A DNA stretch of 64,000 nt, from NCBI GenBank assembly GCA_965247115.1, contig CBDFGR010000002.1, positions 1,568,001 to 1,632,000 on the forward strand. Direction: 5' to 3'. Each line of letters starts with the position of its first letter. Position 1 is the first letter of the stretch. The position numbers were made by a program, and so were the translations under genes. The notes beneath the pieces are model-generated. The model saw nothing but the letters and a program-made list of their open reading frames with translations, did not search any database and was not told the DNA's origin. Of the stretch, positions 17,664 to 27,403 are shown piece after piece. Source of the DNA: Myxococcota bacterium (lineage in GTDB: Bacteria; Myxococcota_A; UBA9160; SZUA-336).

Positions 17664-20000
17664 CTGCGCAGGCTCGGCCCGGTACTGTCACTCGCACTCG
17701 CGCTGTCCGGAGCTGACCACGCGCTTGCGCAGGAAGCGCCGACGCTGATCGATTCGAAGGTCTGGCAGGAGCGCTTCCGGGAGTGGGTCGAGCAGCAACT
17801 CGTGCGCGATCAGATCGACGCCGCCGCGGAGAACCTGCCGACCCTGGATCGGCGGCTGGTCCTGCGCGTGCTCGACCGGCTCGAAGACGACTTGCTCATC
17901 TCGCTGCGCGAGGTGCCCTCGCTGCCAGAGGACGCGCTGGTGAAGATGCTCGCGCGAGGGCTCGACGGCCCCGCGTTGGTCTCGGCGCGACTCTTCGCCG
18001 ACGGCCAGACGGCGCAGGCTCTCGAGATCCTCGGGACGCCCGAGCTCGCCGAAGACGCGCCGACCCAGCACCTGCGGGCCCAGCTCCTTGACAACCTGAG
18101 CGCGGACCTGCCGCCGCTCTATCGGCTCCAGGTGATCGAGCTCTACCGCGAGGCGCTGCGTCTCGACGGGGAGCTGCCCCAGGCGAATCGCGCCCGCCTG
18201 CGCATCGGTCAGATCTATCTCGAGCTCCGTTTCGCGAGAGAGGCACGTGCGGCACTGCGCACGCTCCTGGAGAGAGACCTCCCTGAGTCCTACCGAAGGG
18301 CGGCCCAGCTCTCGCTGGCGGAGGCTGCCTACGTGGACCGCGCTCCGGTTCGCGCGATCGAGCACCTCGCGATGATCGACCTGGAGGCGGTCAGCCCCGC
18401 GACTCGCGACTGGGTCTCCCGGCGGCACGCGGACAGTCTCGTCAAGCTGGAGCGCTACGGAGAAGCGATTGCGCTCTACCGGCGCGTCCTCCGCGCCGAC
18501 GTACCCCTCGAGCCGCTGGTCGCGGTGAACCTCGCGTTCGCCCTGTTACACACGCGCGAGTGGCGCGCCGCTCCCGAGCTCCTCGATCCGATCGTCGCGG
18601 GAACCGCCTCGCGTCCCACCCGCGCGATCGCCGCCATGCTGCTAGCCCGCGCGCAGCGCCGCCTCGTGTCATTCAAGGAGGCCTCTCAGTCCGCCACTCG
18701 CGCGACGGAGCTCGCTCCCGGTACCGAGGTCGCTGCGCTCGCGGCCGTCGAGACGCTCGAGGCGGAGCGTGCTCTCCACAACGACTCGGTCCCGCTTCCC
18801 CCCGGGACAGCTCCTCTCGTGCAGAGCACGACCTTCATTCCAGCGGTCGGACTGCTGACCTATCTCGTACAGGCTGCTCCCAGTCCCGGAGATACCCCAC
18901 AGGAGCAGAGACGCCGTCTGGGCTCACTCGCGGTCACGCTTCCGCCCGGCATCGTTCAGCACCTGGCCTACACGGATCTGGTTACCTGGCTCGCCAGCGA
19001 CCTTGCAAGAATCGCAACCCGGCAGATCGAGCCAGACCCCTCGGTTCTCGCGGACACGGGTCGCTACCTGCGACCCCAAACGATGGACGAAGACGTCCTT
19101 CTGCTCGCGATCGAGTCCCAGATGCTGGCGGGAGATCACAATCGCTGTGCCCGCTGGGCACGCACGCTGCAGCGCCGTGAGCCGCGGCCGCTGCGCCGCG
19201 GCATCGGAACGTGGCGCGAGGTCACGTGTCGTCTGCCTGGCGCAGAAGACGTCAATGCGGCGCGGCGCATGATGGTGCTCGCCGACAGTGGCGCCGCGGG
19301 GCCATTCGCGCTGGCCGTCGCCGCGGTCGCGGCCGAAACGTACGTGCAACGGGGAGACCTCGAGCGCGCGGCTCTCACCTTCGCGCGAGCGGTCGAATCG
19401 TTCTCGGAGCCGACCTTCGTGGGACCTGTGCTGCTCCGCCTCGGGGAGATCGAGGTCGCCCTGGGCCAGGATGCGCTGGCTCTTAACCGGCTGTCACGAG
19501 GACTCACGCTCTCGGACGCCCCGGACGCCGCCTCCGAACCCTTTCGCAAAGCGGGGATCGTCGCACTGGCCCGGGTCGCCGCCCGCAGCGAGAAGCCCGA
19601 GCGCGCGCTGCGTCTCCTCCAGGCCGAGCACGACCGCGCGGAAGACTGGTGGGCAGAGGCGTACGCCTACCTACTCCTCCACACCGGTGCCACGGATCCG
19701 CCAAAAGGCGACAGCCTCTTCGCCCGTGGCGCTCGCGCCCAAGACGAGATCAAGACCATGCGCGCGAGGCTACAACGCGTACAACGAAGACGAGCCCGCA
19801 ACCGCCGCCCCCCACACAGCGGCCCCCCCCCTCGCAACCTAGCCCCACCTCCGCCAGCAAACGCGTCCACCGCACGACACGGCAACCCGCAAGCGCCGCA
19901 AAGCGGCGCGCGCAGCGAAGGCCGCAGGCCTGAGCGAAGGTGGGTGGCCCGCGGCCGCCCGCGGGCCGGGTCCCACAAGACGCGGTCCCACAAGACATGA
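17664..20000 (+). CDS. Large exported TPR-repeat protein at the head of the flagellar cluster
   Basis: Signal-peptide-like LRRLGPVLSLALALSGADHALA-QE followed by multiple TPR-like helical pairs. Start uncertain (GTG 17514 or CTG 17664); the C-terminus reads through a repeat. Confidence 0.7.
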   Translation: MRRLGPVLSLALALSGADHALAQEAPTLIDSKVWQERFREWVEQQLVRDQIDAAAENLPTLDRRLVLRVLDRLEDDLLISLREVPSLPEDALVKMLARGLDGPALVSARLFADGQTAQALEILGTPELAEDAPTQHLRAQLLDNLSADLPPLYRLQVIELYREALRLDGELPQANRARLRIGQIYLELRFAREARAALRTLLERDLPESYRRAAQLSLAEAAYVDRAPVRAIEHLAMIDLEAVSPATRDWVSRRHADSLVKLERYGEAIALYRRVLRADVPLEPLVAVNLAFALLHTREWRAAPELLDPIVAGTASRPTRAIAAMLLARAQRRLVSFKEASQSATRATELAPGTEVAALAAVETLEAERALHNDSVPLPPGTAPLVQSTTFIPAVGLLTYLVQAAPSPGDTPQEQRRRLGSLAVTLPPGIVQHLAYTDLVTWLASDLARIATRQIEPDPSVLADTGRYLRPQTMDEDVLLLAIESQMLAGDHNRCARWARTLQRREPRPLRRGIGTWREVTCRLPGAEDVNAARRMMVLADSGAAGPFALAVAAVAAETYVQRGDLERAALTFARAVESFSEPTFVGPVLLRLGEIEVALGQDALALNRLSRGLTLSDAPDAASEPFRKAGIVALARVAARSEKPERALRLLQAEHDRAEDWWAEAYAYLLLHTGATDPPKGDSLFARGARAQDEIKTMRARLQRVQRRRARNRRPPHSGPPPRNLAPPPPANASTARHGNPQAPQSGARSEGRRPERRWVARGRPRAGSHKTRSHKT
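19889..19996 (-). repeat. Family B repeat (reverse) inside the 3' end of the TPR ORF
   Basis: Reverse complement of the 8151 unit, plus a duplicated terminal GGTCCCACAAGAC. Confidence 0.88.
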
Positions 20001-21367
20001 TCGGGTACCTGGATCTCGGCGAGCAGGGCCTCGTGCGGGCTGCACTGGAACGCAGCGGGCACCCCGTGCGCGAGCTCGGCAACCGCGACGCCGCAAGTGG
20101 CGCGCTCGTCTCTGGTCGCCTCGACGCGCTCGTGATCGAGGCCGCAGCCATCACGGAGCCCGAAGAGACTCTGCTCGAGCAGGCACGGGCGCACTCGGTC
20201 CCGACACTGGCCATAGGCCGTGATCGCAGCGTGGGCGCGGCGGTAGCAGTGTTGCGTGCGGGCGCTACGGACTACTTGGCGTCTCCCTTCGAGTACGAGA
20301 GCCTGCTCCGCTCCATCGACAGGCTGGTCGACGAGTCCAGCACAACGGCCATCCTGAGTCCGCCCACGCCTCTAGTGAGCGGCGATCCCGCCGTGCACGC
20401 AACGCTCGAGCTGCTGCGGTCCGTCGCGGCCAGCGAAGCGACGATCCTGATCGAGGGCGAGAGCGGCACGGGAAAAGAGCTCCTCGCCGCGCTCGTTCAC
20501 GCGTCATCTCCGAGGCGCGAGCGGGAGATGGTCTGCGTCAACTGCGCCGCCCTGCCCAGCGGTCTCGTCGAGAGCGAGCTGTTCGGGCACGAGCGGGGCG
20601 CGTTCACCGGCGCCATCGGCCGCTCCATCGGCAAGTTCGAGCTGGCGCACGGAACCACGCTCCTGCTCGACGAGATCGGTGAGCTGGAGCTACAACCACA
20701 GGCGAAGCTCCTCCGCGTGATCCAGGAACGGCAAGTACAGAGGGTCGGAGCCAGGAGACCCCTCCAGGTCGACTTCCGGATCGTGGCGACCACGAACCGC
20801 AATCTGGAAAAGGACGTGGCGGCTGGACGCTTTCGCGAGGATCTGTTCTACCGGCTGAACGTCGTCCCGGTGCGCCTCGCACCACTGCGCGATCGTCCCG
20901 GTGACGTGGCACTGCTTGTCGAGCACTTCTTGAGGCGGCACGCGGAGGGGGGCCGCCCGGTTCCGTCGCTCCCAGCCGAGACCCTTCGACTGCTCGAGGA
21001 ACACAGCTGGCCGGGTAACGTACGCGAGCTCGAGAACGTCATCGAACGACTCGTGCTGACGCGAGGCGACCGCGCGGTGCGTCCAGAGGATCTCGCCTTC
21101 GTCGTACCGCCGGACCGGCCTCGAAACGAGACTTCTGAACGACCCGCCTTCCGAACCATCCGCGCAATGGAGCGCTGGCTCATCGTCGACACCCTGACCC
21201 GTCTACAGGGAAACCGGACGCAAGCAGCGCGCGAGCTCGGCATCAGCCTGCGCACGCTGCGCAACAAGATCAGAGAGTACGAGATCACCGAACCGTCCAC
21301 CCTCCCCCGAACCGGCACAGCCCGCCCCCCCACCACCCAGGAGCGCACTGCAAAGGCAGAAGCCTGA
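19997..21367 (+). CDS. Sigma54-dependent Fis-family transcriptional activator (probable flagellar regulator) with degenerate receiver
   Basis: Walker A GESGTGKE, ESELFGHERGAFTGA, LLDEIGE, WPGNVRELEN; C-terminal HTH GNRTQAARELGISLRTLRNK. Confidence 0.93.
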   Translation: MIGYLDLGEQGLVRAALERSGHPVRELGNRDAASGALVSGRLDALVIEAAAITEPEETLLEQARAHSVPTLAIGRDRSVGAAVAVLRAGATDYLASPFEYESLLRSIDRLVDESSTTAILSPPTPLVSGDPAVHATLELLRSVAASEATILIEGESGTGKELLAALVHASSPRREREMVCVNCAALPSGLVESELFGHERGAFTGAIGRSIGKFELAHGTTLLLDEIGELELQPQAKLLRVIQERQVQRVGARRPLQVDFRIVATTNRNLEKDVAAGRFREDLFYRLNVVPVRLAPLRDRPGDVALLVEHFLRRHAEGGRPVPSLPAETLRLLEEHSWPGNVRELENVIERLVLTRGDRAVRPEDLAFVVPPDRPRNETSERPAFRTIRAMERWLIVDTLTRLQGNRTQAARELGISLRTLRNKIREYEITEPSTLPRTGTARPPTTQERTAKAEA

Positions 21368-21402
21368 ATGAAAGGTGGTGCGGCCCGTTCGCGACTCGCC
21401 CC

Positions 21403-21513
21403 GTCGGAGGTCGGGATCATCCCCCGCAGGACCTCGCTACTCAGCTGGACCCGCGTCGAGCACGCCTCGGACACCGCTACACGGTCCTGCGGGGGATGAT
21501 CCCGACCTCCGAC
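21403..21513 (+). repeat. Family C hairpin element (31-bp perfect IR, 49-nt conserved loop), copy 1
   Basis: Arms 21403-21433 and 21483-21513 are exact reverse complements; the loop is shared with the copies at 46595 and 55430. Confidence 0.92.
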
Positions 21514-21536
21514 TCCCAGCCACCACCAGCAACCCT

Positions 21537-21628
21537 GCAAGCGCCGCGCGAGCGGCGCGCGCAGCGAAGGGCATAGCCCTGAGCGGAGGTGGGTGGCCGC
21601 GGCCGCCCGCGGCCGGGTCCCACAGGAC
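21537..21628 (-). repeat. Family B repeat (reverse)
   Basis: Reverse complement of the 8151 unit with covarying hairpins. Confidence 0.85.
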
Positions 21629-21631
21629 CCA

Positions 21632-21644
21632 GGCAAGAACTGCC
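21632..21644. promoter_or_regulatory. Candidate enhancer (UAS) for the flgB sigma54 promoter
   Basis: GGCA-AGAAC-TGCC palindrome centred about 81 bp upstream of the -24 GG. Confidence 0.45.
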
Positions 21645-21717
21645 CCGTGGCCTGTCGCGTATGGACTCGCTCAGCACGCCTGAGCCCGCATGTCTGCGAC
21701 CGCGCCGGCGAAGCTCC

Positions 21718-21733
21718 TGGCACGGCGATTGCT
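21718..21733 (+). promoter_or_regulatory. Sigma54 promoter of the flgB operon
   Basis: TGGCAC-GGCGA-TTGCT fits the -24/-12 consensus, 40 bp before the flgB ATG. Confidence 0.88.
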
Positions 21734-21772
21734 CAAGTGCAGCGCGGATATGCACGGGGAAGGTTTCTGCCC

Positions 21773-22159
21773 ATGGGCCTGATCGACAACCCGCTCTCTT
21801 CGGTCCTCGAGAAGGTTCTGGCGCACCACAGCCTGCGCCACGACGTGATCGCGTCCAACATCGCCAATGCAAACACGCCAGGGTACACCGCGTTCGATCT
21901 GGCACTGCGGTCGCGTCTCGACGAGGCGGCACCTCTCCTGGTCAGAACCAGCGACTCCCGACACATGAGCTCGGAGCGCCTCGACGAGAGCGGCTCTCTG
22001 CTCCAGAAATCCAGGGCTCCCGCAGGGCTCGATGGCAACAACGTCTCCCTCGAGCAGGAGTTCCTCAAGCTCTCCGAGAACGGAATGCTCTACCAGGTCA
22101 CCTTCGAGCTGATGGACAAGTGGGGCGGTCTCAACCCGATCGCGAGGGAGACGCGATGA
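21773..22159 (+). CDS. flgB: Flagellar basal-body rod protein FlgB
   Basis: Motifs RHDVIASNIANANTPGY and DGNNVSLEQE. Confidence 0.93.
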   Translation: MGLIDNPLSSVLEKVLAHHSLRHDVIASNIANANTPGYTAFDLALRSRLDEAAPLLVRTSDSRHMSSERLDESGSLLQKSRAPAGLDGNNVSLEQEFLKLSENGMLYQVTFELMDKWGGLNPIARETR

Positions 22160-22587
22160 GCTTCTTCACGTCGTTGAAACTCTCGGCGTCCGGCCTCCAG
22201 GCCGAGCGACTCCGGGTCGACCTGGCGACCTCGAACCTCGCGAACGCGAACTCGACCCGTACTCCAGAGGGCGGACCGTATCGTCGGATGGACGCGGTGT
22301 TGCGGGCTCGACCGCTGGAAGGGGCCTTCGGTGAGCGGCTGCGGCGCAGCTTTCGCACCGCCTCCGTCGAGCAGATTGTGAGCGACTCGCGTCCGCCGCG
22401 AGAGGTGTTCAGCCCGGGTCATCCGGACGCAGACGAGAACGGCATCCTGCGGCTCCCGAACGTACAGATCGTGGAGGAGATGGTGAACCTCATGAACGCG
22501 AGGCGCTCCTTCGAGGCAAACCTCGCGGCGCTGCGAATGAGTCGCGAGATGGCGCAGCGCGCGCTCCGCATCGGAAGGACCAGCTGA
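22156..22587 (+). CDS. flgC: Flagellar basal-body rod protein FlgC
   Basis: Motifs SASGLQAER, SNLANANSTRTPEGGPYRR, PGHPDAD, PNV..VEEMVNLM.A.RSFEAN. Confidence 0.95.
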   Translation: MSFFTSLKLSASGLQAERLRVDLATSNLANANSTRTPEGGPYRRMDAVLRARPLEGAFGERLRRSFRTASVEQIVSDSRPPREVFSPGHPDADENGILRLPNVQIVEEMVNLMNARRSFEANLAALRMSREMAQRALRIGRTS

Positions 22588-22874
22588 TGGCGGTAGATCC
22601 GATCGGTGGTGGCGTCTTTGCGGATCCGAAGCGCTTCACGCAGAAAACGGGGGGCGAAGACTTCGCGGAGACCGTCACGCGCGTCCTCAAGCAGGCAAAC
22701 AGTGATCAGGTGAACGCGGCTGGAAAGATCAAGGAGCTCAGCGTCGACGGTGAGGGCTCCATTCACGAGACCATGGTCGCAGTATCGAACGCTGAAGGCT
22801 CGTTCCGGCTGATGATGGAGATACGCAACCGGATGATCGAAGCGGTCAACCGGCTGCTTCAGACACAGGTGTAG
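22587..22874 (+). CDS. fliE: Flagellar hook-basal body protein FliE
   Basis: IHETMVA...AEGSFRLMMEIRNRMIEA; position after flgC. Confidence 0.92.
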   Translation: MAVDPIGGGVFADPKRFTQKTGGEDFAETVTRVLKQANSDQVNAAGKIKELSVDGEGSIHETMVAVSNAEGSFRLMMEIRNRMIEAVNRLLQTQV

Positions 22875-22883
22875 AGGAAAAGC

Positions 22884-24467
22884 GTGGACCGACTGGCAAA
22901 GCTGTTCGCTGATCTGGGCAAGTTCTGGCAGGGCCTGAACTCCGCCCAGCGCATCGCGGCGCTGTCCATCGCCCTGATCACCGGTGGCACCCTGGCGCTT
23001 CTCGTGAACCTGGCCAGCAGGCCCCAGTACACCACGCTCTATTCCGAGCTCAGTCCGAGCGACGCCCAGACAATCGTGGAGCAACTCCGGAGCCGTCAGG
23101 TCCCGTTCAAGCTCACTCACGCCGGCACCACCATTCAGGTACCGCTCCCGCGTGTGTACGACATGCGCCTGGAGCTCGCTGCCCAGGGCCTGCCTAGCGC
23201 CGGACCCGTGGGCTTCGAGGTCTTCAATGATTCCGGACTCGGACTGACGCCCTTTCAGGAGAAGGTGCGTTTCCGCAGGGCGCTCGAAGGAGAGCTCTCG
23301 CGCACGATCAGCCAGATCGACTCGATCGAGTTCGCGCGCGTTCACATCAACATCCCCGAGCGCGCCGTGTTCCGCCGCGAGCAGAAGAAGGCGAGCGCGG
23401 CCGTGGTCGTGAAGCTTCGTGGCGGCCGTGCGCTCGGCGTGGGCGAGACGGCCGGGATTGGACACCTCGTCTCCGCGGCGGTCGACGGACTCGTAGCGGA
23501 TCAGGTCACACTACTCGACACCAAGGGTCGCCTGCTGGCACGTGCGGGATCCAGCGATGGAGAGGGCCTCGCGACGGCAGCCTTCGACGCGCAGCGCGTG
23601 ATCGAGAAGAACCTCTCCGAGCGCGCGCAGACGCTGCTCGACGCGGCCCTCGGCGAGGGCCGCTCGGTGGTCACGGTCTCAGCGCTGATCGACCGTCGCC
23701 GGATCGAGGAGAACCAGGATCGCATCAACCCCGACGAGACCGCCGTGCTGAGCGAGCAGGTTACAGAGGAAGAGCGCTCGGAGAGCAGCGCGAGTGCTGG
23801 TGGTGTGCCCGGTACGCCGACGAACGTGCCCGGTGGCGCAGGAGCGACCACTGCGGCCGGGCCGCCTTCGACGGAGACCGTGACCCGCGCGACCACGAAC
23901 TTCGAGGTCAGCCGCACGAAGAGCCACACCGTCATCCCCATGGGCAGCCTGCAGAGCCTGTCGGTGGCCGTGCTCGTCGACGGAAACTACACGACTCCTG
24001 AAGCAGCTCCCGGCGAGGAGGAGGCAGCTCCTCCGAAGCCCGTCTACGAGCCTCGCAGCGCGGAGGAGATCGGCCAAATCACCCAGATCGTGCAGCGCGC
24101 GGTGGGCTTCAACGAGGAGCGCGGCGATCAGATTGCCGTGCAGAACCTGCAGTTCCGGTCCCCGCTCCAGGACGTGGGCTCCGCCGCGAGCCTACCGCTC
24201 TGGCGCAGCCCCGAGCTCTTCCTGCTTCTGCCCTCGGTCGCGCGCACCCTCGCGCTCCTGGGCGGGATCGTGATGCTGATCTTCTTCGTGCTACGGCCCG
24301 CACTCAAGCAGCTGTCTGTGGCGAATGTGATCGCATCGGGTCCGACGCAGCAACAGGGCGAGACCGGAATGCTGGAGCTACCAAAACAGGGTGAGCTCGT
24401 GATTCCCATCTCCAAGGATGACGCCAGGCTGGCAGCCAATACGATGAGACAATGGCTGCGCGAGTAA
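22884..24467 (+). CDS. fliF: Flagellar M-ring protein FliF
   Basis: Two TM segments; motifs GFEVF, RRALEGELSRTI, ARVHI.IP, AVGFNEERGD. Confidence 0.95.
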   Translation: MDRLAKLFADLGKFWQGLNSAQRIAALSIALITGGTLALLVNLASRPQYTTLYSELSPSDAQTIVEQLRSRQVPFKLTHAGTTIQVPLPRVYDMRLELAAQGLPSAGPVGFEVFNDSGLGLTPFQEKVRFRRALEGELSRTISQIDSIEFARVHINIPERAVFRREQKKASAAVVVKLRGGRALGVGETAGIGHLVSAAVDGLVADQVTLLDTKGRLLARAGSSDGEGLATAAFDAQRVIEKNLSERAQTLLDAALGEGRSVVTVSALIDRRRIEENQDRINPDETAVLSEQVTEEERSESSASAGGVPGTPTNVPGGAGATTAAGPPSTETVTRATTNFEVSRTKSHTVIPMGSLQSLSVAVLVDGNYTTPEAAPGEEEAAPPKPVYEPRSAEEIGQITQIVQRAVGFNEERGDQIAVQNLQFRSPLQDVGSAASLPLWRSPELFLLLPSVARTLALLGGIVMLIFFVLRPALKQLSVANVIASGPTQQQGETGMLELPKQGELVIPISKDDARLAANTMRQWLRE

Positions 24468-25477
24468 GCCGCGGAAAACGGCGCATCACCGGCCCGCACA
24501 GGGTCGCAGTGGTGCTGCGTCTCCTCGACGAGGAGGTCGCGATGGAGGTCCTGCGTCACCTGGGGGACAGGGATCTCGCTCGCATCAATCGGGCCGACAC
24601 CGAACTGGGTCACCCTTCCGAAGAGGTGTTGAGGGGGATCGCCGGCGAATTCAAGGAGCGCCTGTTCGGAGGCGGGCACGAGCTCGCCGGCGTCCAGAGC
24701 AAGCGCGTCGAGTCCCTGATCCGTCAGGTGTTCGACGAGGATCGGCTCGAGGCCATTCTCGGCCGCGAAGACATCGACATCGGCAAGATCTCCGACACTC
24801 TGGTCGAGATCGACCCACGCGTGATCGGGCGCATCCTGACGCGCGAGTACCCGCAGACCTGCGCGCTGATCCTGTCGCAGCTGCCTTCGCTCCAGGCCGC
24901 CCAGGTGCTGCTCTCGCTACCGGAAGAGCTGCGCGTAGACGTGGTAATGCGCCTGGCGCGCATGGAGAAGATCGGCGAGGACATGCTCGAGGAGCTCAAC
25001 CGCGCGCTCGAGCGAGAGATCGCAGGCTTCGAGGGGGCGTCGCAGTCGCAGGAGATGGAAGGCGTCGACCTGGCAGTCCAGCTGTTCATGAACATGGACC
25101 GGACGAACGAGTCGGCGCTGCTCGATGCGATCTCGGAGCAGGACGAGGAGATCGCGGACCTGATTCGCGAGCGCATGTTCACTTTCGAGGACATGCTGGG
25201 AGTCGACGACCGCGGCATCCAGACGGTCCTGCGTAACATCGATAACCAGACGTTGGTGCTCGCGCTGAAGGGCGCCGAGCCCGAGATGCTCGACAAGTTC
25301 CTGTCGAATGTTTCGCAGCGCGTCTCGGCCTCGCTCGTCGAGGACCTGGAGACGATGGGGCCGGTGCGGCTCTCGGAGGTGGAGGGCTCGCAGCAGAAGA
25401 TCGCGAACATCGCGCGCGAGATGGTGGACCGTGGCGAGATCGTGATTCCGGGGAGGGGCGAAGATGAGCTCGTCTGA
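24452..25477 (+). CDS. fliG: Flagellar motor switch protein FliG
   Basis: Motifs EYPQT.ALILS, RMFTFED, LALKGA, GPVRLSEVE..QQKI. Confidence 0.95.
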   Translation: MAARVSRGKRRITGPHRVAVVLRLLDEEVAMEVLRHLGDRDLARINRADTELGHPSEEVLRGIAGEFKERLFGGGHELAGVQSKRVESLIRQVFDEDRLEAILGREDIDIGKISDTLVEIDPRVIGRILTREYPQTCALILSQLPSLQAAQVLLSLPEELRVDVVMRLARMEKIGEDMLEELNRALEREIAGFEGASQSQEMEGVDLAVQLFMNMDRTNESALLDAISEQDEEIADLIRERMFTFEDMLGVDDRGIQTVLRNIDNQTLVLALKGAEPEMLDKFLSNVSQRVSASLVEDLETMGPVRLSEVEGSQQKIANIAREMVDRGEIVIPGRGEDELV

Positions 25478-26096
25478 GTTCCTGCGCCGCCCCGAGCTGG
25501 TCGACCTGCACGAGTCTGACGCGGCACCGGCGCCTCAGACCTTCGAGGAGCACACCGAGTTCGAACGGCTCGAACCGGGACCCGCGCGTGAGATCACTCC
25601 AGAGCAGGCGTACAAGAGCGGACTCCACGAGGGCGAGCGGATCGGACGCGAAGCGGCGCACAAGGAGCTCCAGCCTATCCTCGGCGAGCTACAGGCGGTA
25701 ACAGCGTCGATGGCGCGGGTGCGGGAGCAGAGGCTGGATGATCTGGAGGGCGAGCTGCTCGCCATCTCTAGCGAGATAGCGCGCCGCATTCTGCGGGGCG
25801 AGCTGCAGCAGCCAGGCGATACGGTCGTGCGCATGGCACGCACCTGCATCGAGGAAATCCGGGACGAGGGCAGCGCCGTCTTGCGCGTGAACCCGCAGGA
25901 TCTCGAACTGATCCGCATCCACCTGGCCGAGCTCGAGTCGGAGCTCGCGGAGACATCGATCCAGACCCAGGCCGACCCGTCTGTCGCCCGCGGCTGCGTG
26001 CTGCTCGAGACGCCGACGCGCTGCTACGAGGGTCGGCCCGAACGGATTCTCGACGCGGCGTTGCAGAAGCTCCAGACCCTGGACGAGGAAGACTGA
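25464..26096 (+). CDS. fliH: Flagellar assembly protein FliH
   Basis: AxxxGxxxGxxxG repeat, LRVNPQD, DPSVARG.V; lies between fliG and fliI. Confidence 0.88.
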   Translation: MSSSEFLRRPELVDLHESDAAPAPQTFEEHTEFERLEPGPAREITPEQAYKSGLHEGERIGREAAHKELQPILGELQAVTASMARVREQRLDDLEGELLAISSEIARRILRGELQQPGDTVVRMARTCIEEIRDEGSAVLRVNPQDLELIRIHLAELESELAETSIQTQADPSVARGCVLLETPTRCYEGRPERILDAALQKLQTLDEED

Positions 26097-27403
26097 TGTC
26101 GACTCCCCAGGCGCTGCTGGACGTTGTTGGAACCCTCGGCCCGCCCGTGGGTGGTCGACTCACTGCTGTGCGTGGGGTCGTCGCCGAGGCGCACGGCCTC
26201 GAGCTTCCGATCGGCGGCCTGGCCGAGATCGAGACACCGCTGGGACTGACGGCGGCCGAGGTCGTCGGCTTCCGTGCGGAGTCCATCCAGCTCATGCCCC
26301 TTGGCCCCATGAGCGGCGCGGCCGTTGGAGCCCGGGTCTGGCCGCGCTCCCGCGAGGCGGGAGTCCCCGTGACGCAGCGCATGCTCGGTCGCGTGGTCGA
26401 CGCGGTCGGAGAGCCGATCGACCAGGGGCCGCCGCTCCTACCGGAGGCGTTCGCGCCGCTGTATCGCGAGCAGATCTCTCCGCTCGACCGACCTGTCATC
26501 GACACGCCGCTCGACGTGGGCGTACGCGCCGTGAACTGCACCGCGACGCTGGGGCGAGGCCAGCGGGTAGGTCTCTTCGCGGGCTCCGGAGTCGGCAAGA
26601 GCACGCTACTCGGGATGATCGTGCGCGGCACGAACGCCGACGTCCGCGTCGTGGGCCTGATCGGGGAGCGAGGCCGAGAGGTGCGCGAGTTCATCGAGCG
26701 CGAGATCGGCGTCGCGCGCGAGACCACTATCGTGGTCGCCGTTCCCGCAGATTGCTCTCCGCTGCTACGCACCCGAGGCGCCTACGTCACGACGGCCATT
26801 GCGGAGTGGTTCCGAGACCAGGGCGCGGACGTGCTGCTCTTGATGGACTCGATCACGCGCTTCGCCTTTGCCGCGCGCGAGATCGGTCTGGCGAGGGGCG
26901 AGCCCGCAACGACCAAGGGCTATACGCCCAGCGTGTTCGCCGAGCTGCCGAAGCTGCTCGAGCGAGCCGGGCGCACCAACAGTGGCAGCATCACTGGCAT
27001 CTACTCCGTGCTCGTGGAGGGCGGGGACATGGAGGATCCAATCGCGGATAGCCTCCGCGCGATCCTGGACGGCCACATCGTCCTCTCACGCGATCTTGCG
27101 GATCGCGGTCAGTTTCCCGCGATCGATGTCCTCAGCAGTGTGAGCCGCGCGATGCCGCTCGTCACCGACGACGTACACCGGGGGCACGCCACGCACCTGC
27201 GTCGCCTGCTCGCCGCGTACCGCGATGCGGAAGATCTGATTCAGGTCGGGGCCTACGCAGCGGGCAGCGATGCCAGCGTCGACGAGGCGATTCAGCGCAG
27301 GCCACTCATCCAGCAGCTGCTGCAGCAGGAGCGCGCAACGTCGGTGTCGCTGGCCAACTCCTGGAGCGAGCTCGAACGCGCACTGGTGGAGGAAGTCCAG
27401 TGA
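26096..27403 (+). CDS. fliI: Flagellar export ATPase FliI
   Basis: Motifs GLFAGSGVGKS, IGERGREV, MDSITRFA.A.REIGL, GSITG.Y.VLVEG, ILDGHIVLSR. Confidence 0.96.
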   Translation: MSTPQALLDVVGTLGPPVGGRLTAVRGVVAEAHGLELPIGGLAEIETPLGLTAAEVVGFRAESIQLMPLGPMSGAAVGARVWPRSREAGVPVTQRMLGRVVDAVGEPIDQGPPLLPEAFAPLYREQISPLDRPVIDTPLDVGVRAVNCTATLGRGQRVGLFAGSGVGKSTLLGMIVRGTNADVRVVGLIGERGREVREFIEREIGVARETTIVVAVPADCSPLLRTRGAYVTTAIAEWFRDQGADVLLLMDSITRFAFAAREIGLARGEPATTKGYTPSVFAELPKLLERAGRTNSGSITGIYSVLVEGGDMEDPIADSLRAILDGHIVLSRDLADRGQFPAIDVLSSVSRAMPLVTDDVHRGHATHLRRLLAAYRDAEDLIQVGAYAAGSDASVDEAIQRRPLIQQLLQQERATSVSLANSWSELERALVEEVQ

